38,443 bases of DNA, taken from a virus (lineage: Duplodnaviria > Caudoviricetes). The notes under the pieces were generated by a model. It ran no database searches. It saw nothing but the letters and a program-made list of their open reading frames with translations, and was not told the DNA's origin. Numbering within the stretch: position 1 is the first letter of the stretch; each line of letters begins with the position of its first letter. The stretch covers positions 1 through 38,443 of the IMG/VR virus record IMGVR_UViG_3300022930_000017. The stretch is one strand, 5' to 3'. Position numbers and translations under genes: made by a program. Shown piece by piece: positions 1 through 6,406 of this stretch.

Positions 1-137
1 TGATAATAAGAATTGCGAGTTAAAAAGACTGGAAGAAGAACAACAGCGTCAAGAACAACAGAACGAGTTCCAGAGTAAATTGCAAGCAAAGAGCGAGATT
101 ATTGAGAGTTTAAATACCCAGCTACGCCAGAAAACAG
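1..137. repeat. Terminal direct repeat, left copy (circular overlap)
   Basis: Identical to 38307-38443 except position 3 (a vs c) and 128 (c vs a); the i-spanin ORF reads through the join. Confidence 0.95.
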
Positions 138-256
138 CTAATATACAGAAAAGGTTAAATGATGATATTAAAATTGATGACAGTTATAAGCCCACTCTGC
201 CTGTTAATGGGATGCAACTCAGAGCCGAAGCCATTGCCAATATTTATTCCCGCTAA
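1..256 (+). CDS. i-spanin (Rz-like), 3' part; gene starts at 38224
   Basis: Frame continues from 38224: ...ELKRLEEEQQRQEQQNEFQSKLQAK...AIANIYSR*; coiled coil; overlaps a lipoprotein ORF as Rz/Rz1 pairs do. Confidence 0.75.
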   Translation, partial: DNKNCELKRLEEEQQRQEQQNEFQSKLQAKSEIIESLNTQLRQKTANIQKRLNDDIKIDDSYKPTLPVNGMQLRAEAIANIYSR

Positions 257-404
257 TTTAAAGAGCGAATGCGAAGTATTGGTTGATAGCAAGCCAGTTA
301 ATATAGGTGAGCTGTTACAAGCCGATATAGAGTTGATTAGAATGTATGGCGAATGCGCAAATAAGCATAAAGCATTAATAGAGGTTCTTGATGCTAAACA
401 GTGA
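159..404 (+). CDS. o-spanin (Rz1-like lipoprotein)
   Basis: Signal peptide with lipobox LLMG-C, Pro-rich stretch PKPLPIFIP, two further Cys; starts inside the i-spanin gene in another frame. Confidence 0.8.
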   Translation: MMILKLMTVISPLCLLMGCNSEPKPLPIFIPANLKSECEVLVDSKPVNIGELLQADIELIRMYGECANKHKALIEVLDAKQ

Positions 405-471
405 TTGGTTTGAAATACTAGCATGGGTATTATTATTTATAGCAATGCTATATATGGTATGGAGAAAGTAA
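391..471 (+). CDS. 26-aa single-TM peptide in lysis cassette
   Basis: MLNSDWFEILAWVLLFIAMLYMVWRK*; GAGG upstream; its stop overlaps the endolysin ATG (TAATG). Confidence 0.55.
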   Translation: MLNSDWFEILAWVLLFIAMLYMVWRK

Positions 472-893
472 TGGACATCAAGAAACTCACAGAAGAATTG
501 AAAAGAGACGAGGGCGTTGTTTTGCATGCTTATACTGACTCGCTGGGCTTCCTTACAATTGGCGTTGGAAAATTAATCGACGCACGTAAAGGCGGCGGCA
601 TATCAATGGAAGAAGCCGAATATTTACTAGCTAATGATATTAAACGCGTAATGAATGAACTAGATAGGCGTTTATCCTGGTTTAAAACGCAGCCTGATGG
701 GGTTCAACGTGGTTTATGTAATCTTGCTTTTCAAATCGGTGTTACTGGCTTATTGGGCTTTAAAACCACTTTAATGCATATTGCCAGTGGTAACTATAAA
801 GAAGCTGGTAGAAGTGCTAGGCAGTCATTATGGTATAAGCAGACTAAGGATAGAGCAGAACGCACTATTGCATTGATTGAAGCTGGGAAGTAG
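471..893 (+). CDS. Endolysin, T4-like lysozyme (GH24)
   Basis: LKRDEGVVLHAYTDSLGFLTIGVG gives the E-x8-D-x5-T triad; NLAFQIG and SLWYKQT motifs. Start placed at ATG 471 after GGAGA. Confidence 0.92.
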   Translation: MDIKKLTEELKRDEGVVLHAYTDSLGFLTIGVGKLIDARKGGGISMEEAEYLLANDIKRVMNELDRRLSWFKTQPDGVQRGLCNLAFQIGVTGLLGFKTTLMHIASGNYKEAGRSARQSLWYKQTKDRAERTIALIEAGK

Positions 894-1019
894 ACGTTAA
901 AATAAAGCGCTCAAATTAATTAGAGTCTCAAAATTCATAATATATTAACATCAAAGGTCTATCGGAATTCCGATAAGCCCCAGACATATAGTCCGAGGCG
1001 CACCCTTATAGGGCGGGAG

Positions 1020-1059
1020 AAATAAAAAGCCCCTATCAACGGGAGTCAATAAGGGGCTT
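1020..1059 (-). terminator. Intrinsic terminator
   Basis: AAGCCCC...GGGGCTT stem followed by TTTATTT on the minus strand. Confidence 0.75.
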
Positions 1060-1127
1060 AGTTCACTTAAGTATATAACTGAAGATTAACGTGCTTTAAG
1101 GCGTTAATCGAAAGTGGCGGCCACCAT
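1020..1127 (-). ncRNA. Putative structured small RNA, antisense to early-gene RBS motifs
   Basis: Own promoter (1134-1163), four consecutive hairpins; the last has G-U pairs that form only on the minus strand, a UCCC loop and a U tract. Confidence 0.6.
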
Positions 1128-1133
1128 TAAGCC

Positions 1134-1163
1134 ATTATACCACAACTACACAGGGACTTTCAA
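1134..1163 (-). promoter_or_regulatory. Sigma70-type promoter for the small RNA
   Basis: TTGAAA-N18-TATAAT with extended -10 TG (TGGTATAAT). Confidence 0.65.
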
Positions 1164-1409
1164 GTGTTTTTGTTTAGTAAGCCTTATGCGGTTAGCTAGA
1201 TAGATATTATCCAACTCAACACGTTTAAGTTCTTCCCTAAGTAATTTATTCTTAGCTTTGGAGTATTTAACCTGTTTACGCAGTTCTGGACTACCTTGAT
1301 TAATAACCAGTAGTTGTTCATAGCATGGCACTACATGCATGTGTTCTTTACGGTACCAGTGCATAAATCTCATTGGCATAATTAAAATTTCACTCCGCTG
1401 TTCTGCCAT
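1146..1409 (-). CDS. Hypothetical protein
   Basis: 87-aa ORF co-oriented with and overlapping its neighbour. Confidence 0.55.
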   Translation of the reverse strand: MAEQRSEILIMPMRFMHWYRKEHMHVVPCYEQLLVINQGSPELRKQVKYSKAKNKLLREELKRVELDNIYLANRIRLTKQKHLKVPV

Positions 1410-1672
1410 ATCTTATCAGCAATAAAGCTATCATATAAGGAGAGCTTTGGTTTAGGCGGTTGTTTCTCTGCATGGCGTTTATTGCATAGCTTTCTATGCC
1501 TTTCGCTAGTTTTATACTTCTTTACATAATCAGGCATTTTAGTGCGGATAATAGTACCTACACGCTGCTTGCATAAACCGTTCATATCACCTATTTCTGC
1601 AAAGCTATACCCGTCTTTATACTCTTGCATTATTTTATTATCTCTTTCTGTGTTATCTGTAAATCTAGGCAT
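1382..1672 (-). CDS. HTH DNA-binding protein (sigma region 4-like)
   Basis: YKDGYSFAEIGDMNGLCKQRVGTII helix-turn-helix; AAGGA RBS. Confidence 0.7.
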   Translation of the reverse strand: MPRFTDNTERDNKIMQEYKDGYSFAEIGDMNGLCKQRVGTIIRTKMPDYVKKYKTSERHRKLCNKRHAEKQPPKPKLSLYDSFIADKIWQNSGVKF

Positions 1673-1686
1673 ATTCTTCCTTTAGT

Positions 1687-1780
1687 TGGTAGGGATGGGT
1701 GGTGTTGACTATCCACTCGCTTAATTTCACATAAATCATTATTATGTTATGCCCTGTTTCCGCAGTGCGCCGCCATCCCT
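1687..1780 (-). ncRNA. tRNA-like cloverleaf RNA ending in ACCA (non-canonical)
   Basis: 8-bp AGGGATGG/CCATCCCT stem then ACCA; three internal stem-loops; lacks TTC loop and U33. Confidence 0.6.
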
Positions 1781-1790
1781 GTAGTGTTAT

Positions 1791-2306
1791 TTATTCCCGC
1801 CCTTCCTTATATGAATTATATTGTGCTGCTAAAAGTTTCTCGTTAGTTGCAGCAAACTCGCCAAAATACAGTAAAGCGGCAGCATCGTAAGCTTGTGCAG
1901 CTTCTTTTTCATCAACAAAAAGCCCAAGATGTTTATGTTTATAATCCACTTTAATATATGCAATCCATTTTCTAGTAGCTTTATGCCAACCTACTCCCTT
2001 AAATTTTGAAGTAGTGTTTTTTCTGAGTTTGGAGTTCTGTTGGTTTTGAGCATGGTTTGCCAATCTTAAATTACTTTTGGAATTGTTTAGCGGGTCGCCG
2101 TTTATATGGTCAACATGGAATCCCTTATCTGCGCTTAGTATAACGCGATGCATGAGTAAAGTTTCATCTCTTGCGTTTCTAGCTGCGCAACCCCAAGCGG
2201 AACAAAACCACTTCCATTGCATCAAATGGTCGTAATCATCGGCATCAACTATTGCGAATTTGCCTTGCGTAAGCGGTATCAATTTGGTATCTTGGGAAAT
2301 ATCCAT
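1791..2306 (-). CDS. HNH homing endonuclease with C-terminal AP2 domain
   Basis: MHRVIL...VDHINGDPLNNSKSNLR (HNH); SKFKGVGW...KWIAYI...HLGLF...AAQAYDAAA (AP2). GGAGGT RBS places the start at 2306. Confidence 0.93.
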   Translation of the reverse strand: MDISQDTKLIPLTQGKFAIVDADDYDHLMQWKWFCSAWGCAARNARDETLLMHRVILSADKGFHVDHINGDPLNNSKSNLRLANHAQNQQNSKLRKNTTSKFKGVGWHKATRKWIAYIKVDYKHKHLGLFVDEKEAAQAYDAAALLYFGEFAATNEKLLAAQYNSYKEGRE

Positions 2307-2386
2307 GACGCACCTCCAGTGCTTTATGGTTGGGCAGTCGAGAACCTCATATTCTTGCTGCCCTTTATTTTTACCAATTTTTATAG

Positions 2387-2674
2387 CTATTTGCAAGACT
2401 TTAATTCCTTATTTTCCAAAGTTAACGACTCAACCTTCGCCTCAAGGCTGCGGATTATGTCTACCATTTCGGGTGCGGCGGCGATAAAAGCTGCATCATG
2501 GAATGAATTGGCAGTCGCAACTATTTCTTGGGGAGTTTCTGGGAAGTTATCATCATACACCGCATGTGCATAAATAATAACACCTACATCGCTCCAATTC
2601 CCTCCTGTAAATTGCGTCCTTGCCTCGTCTAAAGCATAAATATTCTTTATTTTATTTTCTAGTTTGCTAGTCAT
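2387..2674 (-). CDS. Hypothetical phage protein
   Basis: DAAFIAAAP motif common in small phage early proteins. Confidence 0.7.
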   Translation of the reverse strand: MTSKLENKIKNIYALDEARTQFTGGNWSDVGVIIYAHAVYDDNFPETPQEIVATANSFHDAAFIAAAPEMVDIIRSLEAKVESLTLENKELKSCK

Positions 2675-2822
2675 TTTTACCCGCTTTTATTTTATGCTCA
2701 AGCAATGTTTTCGAGCTTTCAATTACTAAATTAATCCCAGCTTTAACGCCCGATTCCCAGCCTTCTTGGTAAGCTTTTGTGATTGCTTCGCTAATAAGTT
2801 TTTCCATATCTTCTTTAGTCAT
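2667..2822 (-). CDS. Hypothetical protein (51 aa)
   Basis: MTKEDMEKLISEAITKAYQEGWESG...; GAGG RBS; AYxEGW motif. Confidence 0.6.
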   Translation of the reverse strand: MTKEDMEKLISEAITKAYQEGWESGVKAGINLVIESSKTLLEHKIKAGKND

Positions 2823-3084
2823 TTAAGCCTCGCTGTTTGGTTGTGTTAGTTTTTAACTTCACTTTCTTTAGTCCTTTTTTTGCCGCATTCTTGCAAGCCG
2901 CATCCCATTGTTTGCGGACTTTAGCGTTTGTTTCATATTCTGCAGGCACAGCAACAAATATTTTCTGATTATTGCCATCCATGAACATCTGCCAATAATC
3001 TGTATTATAATCAGGCTTGATAGTAAAAACATCGCCATGCTTTACAATTTCCCTTTCTTCCATAGCTATTGGATAATAATTCAT
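2815..3084 (-). CDS. Hypothetical protein
   Basis: 89-aa ORF, ATGA-coupled to the upstream gene. Confidence 0.65.
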   Translation of the reverse strand: MNYYPIAMEEREIVKHGDVFTIKPDYNTDYWQMFMDGNNQKIFVAVPAEYETNAKVRKQWDAACKNAAKKGLKKVKLKTNTTKQRGLND

Positions 3085-3428
3085 ATATTCTCGCTGTTTG
3101 GTTCAGCTAGTTGCTTTGCTTTTTCTAGCAATCTTTCTGCCAATTCCAAGCTCCTTTTGCGAGTTTCAACATTTTTTATATGCTCGCTAACTAGCCAATC
3201 TTTAGCTTCTTGGAAAGTCTTAAAGAAACAAACATTTTCAGATATTCTATTTCTTCTCTCAAACTCGCCTTTGCGATAAAATTTCTCTACCCACACCGAT
3301 TTATCAGTTTCCCTATTGACCAAAACTTTATTAATTTCGCCCATATAATAGTTTTTTGCTTCATAATATTCCATATCACTCCTTATCCGCGCTCTGGGTT
3401 GGTTTCTCCAATCGTTTTTGCATATCAA
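3081..3428 (-). CDS. Hypothetical protein
   Basis: 115-aa ORF with RETDKSVWV motif; start uncertain. Confidence 0.65.
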   Translation of the reverse strand: MICKNDWRNQPRARIRSDMEYYEAKNYYMGEINKVLVNRETDKSVWVEKFYRKGEFERRNRISENVCFFKTFQEAKDWLVSEHIKNVETRKRSLELAERLLEKAKQLAEPNSENI

Positions 3429-3684
3429 CTGATTGCCTAAAACACACTTTTAAATGCGTTACTGGTAGTTGTTTGCCATCTGCGCCAAGATACACAACTC
3501 CCATCAAGTCGTTTCTATCGGCTTGAAATGCCAAAGCATTAAACCAAGGAATATCACGAAATCTAGCTTGCATAGAAGCGTTATCAATTACAAAATCACC
3601 TACATGCTTAACGGCGTATTTCTTTTCCTTTTTTGGTTTTTTCTTTGTAAGCTCTTCTTTTTTCTTTTTCTCAAATATTTTCAT
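3376..3684 (-). CDS. Hypothetical protein, Lys-rich N-terminus
   Basis: AGGAG RBS; 102 aa. Confidence 0.65.
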   Translation of the reverse strand: MKIFEKKKKEELTKKKPKKEKKYAVKHVGDFVIDNASMQARFRDIPWFNALAFQADRNDLMGVVYLGADGKQLPVTHLKVCFRQSVDMQKRLEKPTQSADKE

Positions 3685-3692
3685 AGTTTCTC

Positions 3693-3833
3693 CTATTTCG
3701 CCTCTTCCACTAACTTCCTAATCTTCATTGATACATTGCCCTCAGTATCACGATTGGCAAGCTTTTTAATCTTTTCCTCGTGGTGGTGTTCCCATTGTAT
3801 TTCACGGCGATATTTCTTTGGTTTTTTAGTCAT
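3693..3833 (-). CDS. Ribbon-helix-helix-like small regulator (46 aa)
   Basis: MTKKPKKYRREIQWEHHHEEKIKKLANRDTEGNVSMKIRKLVEEAK; strand-helix-GNVS-helix pattern; AGGAG RBS. Confidence 0.55.
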   Translation of the reverse strand: MTKKPKKYRREIQWEHHHEEKIKKLANRDTEGNVSMKIRKLVEEAK

Positions 3834-4025
3834 TTATTCTCCTATAAAAGCTACTTGGTTAGAATCCACATACTCAGGTATAAAGCCTAGCTGTTGCAGG
3901 TCTTTCTTCCCCTCGCTCATACCTACCAACGTTTCAGCCCGTACCATGCGTTCTGTTATGTGATACGTACCAGCACACGTTGTTATTGCGGTTAGTAGTA
4001 TTAAAAATATATTTGTTAGTTTCAT
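3834..4025 (-). CDS. Small membrane-anchored/secreted protein
   Basis: N-terminal hydrophobic helix; CAACGGGAG RBS. Confidence 0.65.
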   Translation of the reverse strand: MKLTNIFLILLTAITTCAGTYHITERMVRAETLVGMSEGKKDLQQLGFIPEYVDSNQVAFIGE

Positions 4026-4041
4026 TTGTTTTCTCCCGTTG

Positions 4042-4329
4042 TTAATCTTCTATTTCATTAATTTCCCAAATCTCAGGGTCGTCGTATCCTGAGAACTCTT
4101 CCAATGCTTTGGCTTCTGCGTCATCTTCATCATAAGCCTCTACAATTGTTATTTCATAATCTACCGTTACTAGGCGAACTTCTACCTCATACTTTTTTAA
4201 GACATCGCCTTTTTCATTGCCAAAGGTTTTATCAAGCTTTTGGCGTATTAGTTTCGTCGATTCGCCATAATATTTAGTTTCGTTTATTTCCGGCAAGACC
4301 TCTAGGTATTTCTTATGTATTTCATTCAT
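4042..4329 (-). CDS. Hypothetical protein, acidic C-terminus
   Basis: KKYEVEV...IVEAYDEDDAEAKA motif typical of small phage proteins. Confidence 0.7.
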   Translation of the reverse strand: MNEIHKKYLEVLPEINETKYYGESTKLIRQKLDKTFGNEKGDVLKKYEVEVRLVTVDYEITIVEAYDEDDAEAKALEEFSGYDDPEIWEINEIED

Positions 4330-4331
4330 CC

Positions 4332-4583
4332 CTAAGCCTCTTTTACGTTAATTATTTGTTTTTGTTTCTAAGATAAACTTCCCACGCATCGCCTTCTAGT
4401 GTGCGAATGACTGAGCTGATTTGAGCATCTAAGCCTTGGTCTTCTTCACCGCCGCCAATCATGTCATGCAGTAGCCTTATTGCTTCCTTGACGTTATCTT
4501 GTATCTTAGCCATATCGTCTAAATCATCGTTCTTAACTGCGGTATATTCCATTCTATCTAACATTCTAAGCCTCTTTTACGTT
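4332..4583. repeat. 18-bp direct repeat CTAAGCCTCTTTTACGTT flanking one gene
   Basis: Exact copies at 4332-4349 and 4566-4583; each contains the RBS of the next minus-strand gene. Confidence 0.9.
4352..4564 (-). CDS. Hypothetical protein
   Basis: 70 aa; GAGG RBS within the repeat. Confidence 0.7.
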   Translation of the reverse strand: MLDRMEYTAVKNDDLDDMAKIQDNVKEAIRLLHDMIGGGEEDQGLDAQISSVIRTLEGDAWEVYLRNKNK

Positions 4584-4703
4584 GTTAATATTCTTTTCAA
4601 TTTCTTCATTTACACTTTGCGCTCTATCCAAACTTAGAAAAACATAAGTACCTATTAATAATGCGGCTAGTGTAGTTAATGCGAATATATCTGTTATTTT
4701 CAT
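4566..4703 (-). CDS. Small membrane-anchored protein (45 aa)
   Basis: MKITDIFALTTLAALLIGTYVFLSLDRAQSVNEEIEKNINNVKEA; GGAG RBS. Confidence 0.6.
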   Translation of the reverse strand: MKITDIFALTTLAALLIGTYVFLSLDRAQSVNEEIEKNINNVKEA

Positions 4704-4704
4704 A

Positions 4705-4914
4705 TTACTCTCCGTTGGTTAAATTAACTATTTTACAAGGTGGATTATTCTTTCTTTTCTCTGTTACAAACTCATGATGCGTCATAATAGTTTCGTATAT
4801 TACTATGCCTGCAAGAGCCTCTGCAAACTTCCTATGCAGTTCCGGTACATAAGATTGTAGTATTGTGGCGCATTTAGCTTCAATACAATCAAGCAACTCT
4901 TGCTCTTGTTCCAT
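4705..4914 (-). CDS. Hypothetical protein
   Basis: Start placed at MEQEQ after AGGAGG. Confidence 0.6.
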   Translation of the reverse strand: MEQEQELLDCIEAKCATILQSYVPELHRKFAEALAGIVIYETIMTHHEFVTEKRKNNPPCKIVNLTNGE

Positions 4915-5056
4915 TTTTAGCCTCCTGCATGCGTGCCTCATTTATATCTAACCAGTTTTGCCCTAATATTGGGTCTACCCTGCCTGTTTGAATACCTAGT
5001 GCTATATCTGCTCTTGCTTTCAAATAGCGTTCTATAATTGTGTTTTTAACTAGCAT
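4889..5056 (-). CDS. Hypothetical protein (55 aa)
   Basis: MLVKNTIIERYLKARADIALG...; AGGAGG RBS; fills the gap in the operon. Confidence 0.55.
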   Translation of the reverse strand: MLVKNTIIERYLKARADIALGIQTGRVDPILGQNWLDINEARMQEAKNGTRARVA

Positions 5057-5285
5057 AAGCCTCCTGAACTGTATTGCGGATAAACTCTAATGTTTGGCTA
5101 ATACCATTTGAATGCGGAACGTATTTATATTCCTTACCGTCGCTAACAACATCTGCGTCACCTGTATATAGTTCAGCCGCGCCAGTAAAAATAAATTTTT
5201 CAGCAGCGTGGTGCATCATATCAGTTACGTCACCTTTTTTATAAAGGTGATAAAATCTGTCATCTTGTAAAAATCTAATTTTCAT
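5046..5285 (-). CDS. Hypothetical protein, first gene of leftward early operon
   Basis: MKIRFLQD...YKKGDV; CAACGGGAG RBS directly after the promoter. Confidence 0.7.
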   Translation of the reverse strand: MKIRFLQDDRFYHLYKKGDVTDMMHHAAEKFIFTGAAELYTGDADVVSDGKEYKYVPHSNGISQTLEFIRNTVQEAYAS

Positions 5286-5310
5286 TTTAATCTCCCGTTG
5301 TTATAAGTAT

Positions 5311-5339
5311 ATCTTACGTAAGTTTTACGTAAAAGTAAA
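5311..5339 (-). promoter_or_regulatory. Leftward early promoter with tandem TTACGTAA palindromes
   Basis: TTTACT-N17-TAAGAT; CTTACGTAAG (5313-5322) and TTTTACGTAAAA (5323-5334) cover the spacer. Confidence 0.7.
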
Positions 5340-5380
5340 GGGAAAAATACACTAAGGAGAAAGAATTATTTGGGTGTGTG

Positions 5381-5728
5381 TTATTTGGGAGACAGTTCAC
5401 CAAGTGCTTTTTTGGCAGTCATTCTATACCAGTCTACATTACTAGATGCACCTAAAGCAAGGTTACGCAAAGCTCCTTCTAGCTCTGAAATGCGCTGGGC
5501 TTGGGTAACTACTATATCTTTTGACCATAAGCGAGGTTTAGGCAAATCTTCTTCCCACTTTGCGGTAATGTCATTTTCTGGGGGTGCATTAAGCCTTCTG
5601 CCGTCATCATGGTAAAAGTTATGGTCTGCGCCTATCCAATTATAGACATCGTCTTTGTTAATAATCTCCACCTTCTCACCATTTCTATTGCGATAAAGCC
5701 CCACCGAATCAATGCGAAAATCACTCAT
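5381..5728 (-). CDS. Hypothetical phage protein
   Basis: GLYRNRNGEKVEII...DITAKWEE motif; AGGAGAGGG RBS. Confidence 0.7.
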   Translation of the reverse strand: MSDFRIDSVGLYRNRNGEKVEIINKDDVYNWIGADHNFYHDDGRRLNAPPENDITAKWEEDLPKPRLWSKDIVVTQAQRISELEGALRNLALGASSNVDWYRMTAKKALGELSPK

Positions 5729-5739
5729 CCCCTCTCCTC

Positions 5740-6093
5740 CTATTTACCCTGTTGTTGGGCGGTTAATAATAAATTCATATCCTCTACACTTCTAACTACA
5801 CCTGCTATAGCGCCCATTTTAAGCATCTGATTAATAAAATCCTGTTGGTGCATCTTAATCATACCCGTTGGAGTCTTAACCTCAGCAAATACAGCTACCC
5901 CTATTTGCTTTCCCACCATCTCAGGTGTTATAGTAACGGTATGTACACCAACTAAATCAGTAGTACCCACACCTAAGCCGTATCTAATAGTACGGTCTCC
6001 AATATTAGCAACACCTTGATCGTTAACGAATAGGCGGGTGTTACCTCGTGAGCAGTTAAGCCGTATGTTGTTCTGAATGTTTCTTTCTTTCAC
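5740..6093 (-). CDS. VRR-NUC family nuclease
   Basis: ERNIQNNI, GTTDLVG, FAEVKTPTG, QQDF, GAIAGVVRSVED (PD-(D/E)xK). GTG start after GGAGG. Confidence 0.88.
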   Translation of the reverse strand: MKERNIQNNIRLNCSRGNTRLFVNDQGVANIGDRTIRYGLGVGTTDLVGVHTVTITPEMVGKQIGVAVFAEVKTPTGMIKMHQQDFINQMLKMGAIAGVVRSVEDMNLLLTAQQQGK

Positions 6094-6406
6094 GCTTCCT
6101 CCCACGTGTTAATTTCACTGCTTCTCTTGTTATATTTATATGTTCTTTAGGGGAAATTAAATCTAAATGCTCAGGATTTATGCAATAATCATTATTACAA
6201 GTGCTCTTAGTAATTAAGTCATCAATAATCTCACCTACATATAATTGGAAAGCAAAGCGACGAGCATTCACACTTTTACGCCCATGATAAAAACGTAATA
6301 TTTTGCGTTCTCTATCTGTATTTACAGACCCTGTCCAAATCCAACAACCAGTATTAGGCTCTAGAATATAATATTTATTAAATTTCTCCTCTAAACTTAG
6401 TTTCAT
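6056..6406 (-). CDS. HNH (His-Me finger) endonuclease-like protein, probably inactive
   Basis: GCWIWTG...CNNDYCINPEHL scaffold, but AHR is ARR and the DH position is KS. Confidence 0.8.
   Translation of the reverse strand: MKLSLEEKFNKYYILEPNTGCWIWTGSVNTDRERKILRFYHGRKSVNARRFAFQLYVGEIIDDLITKSTCNNDYCINPEHLDLISPKEHINITREAVKLTRGRKRERKKHSEQHTA

Noticed and set aside
423-470. Longer endolysin N-terminus (possible SAR or signal sequence)
   Set aside because: The SD precedes ATG 471, and the region is better explained by the 26-aa TM ORF in another frame.
1068-1076. TAAGTATAT shared with 5304-5312
   Set aside because: AT-rich 9-mer in the same orientation as the transcript, so not antisense; likely chance.
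1104-1127. Mini-ORF MVAATFD at the sRNA 5' end
   Set aside because: Seven codons with no supporting evidence.
1687-1780. Canonical tRNA-His or tRNA-Sec call
   Set aside because: No TTC loop, no U33, no TCA or GTG anticodon; kept only as tRNA-like.
2217-3963. Plus-strand ORFs in the ORF track
   Set aside because: Shadows of a tightly packed minus-strand operon with good RBSs.
4332-4583. CRISPR mini-array or attP
   Set aside because: Only two 18-bp copies separated by a whole gene; no cas or integrase genes.
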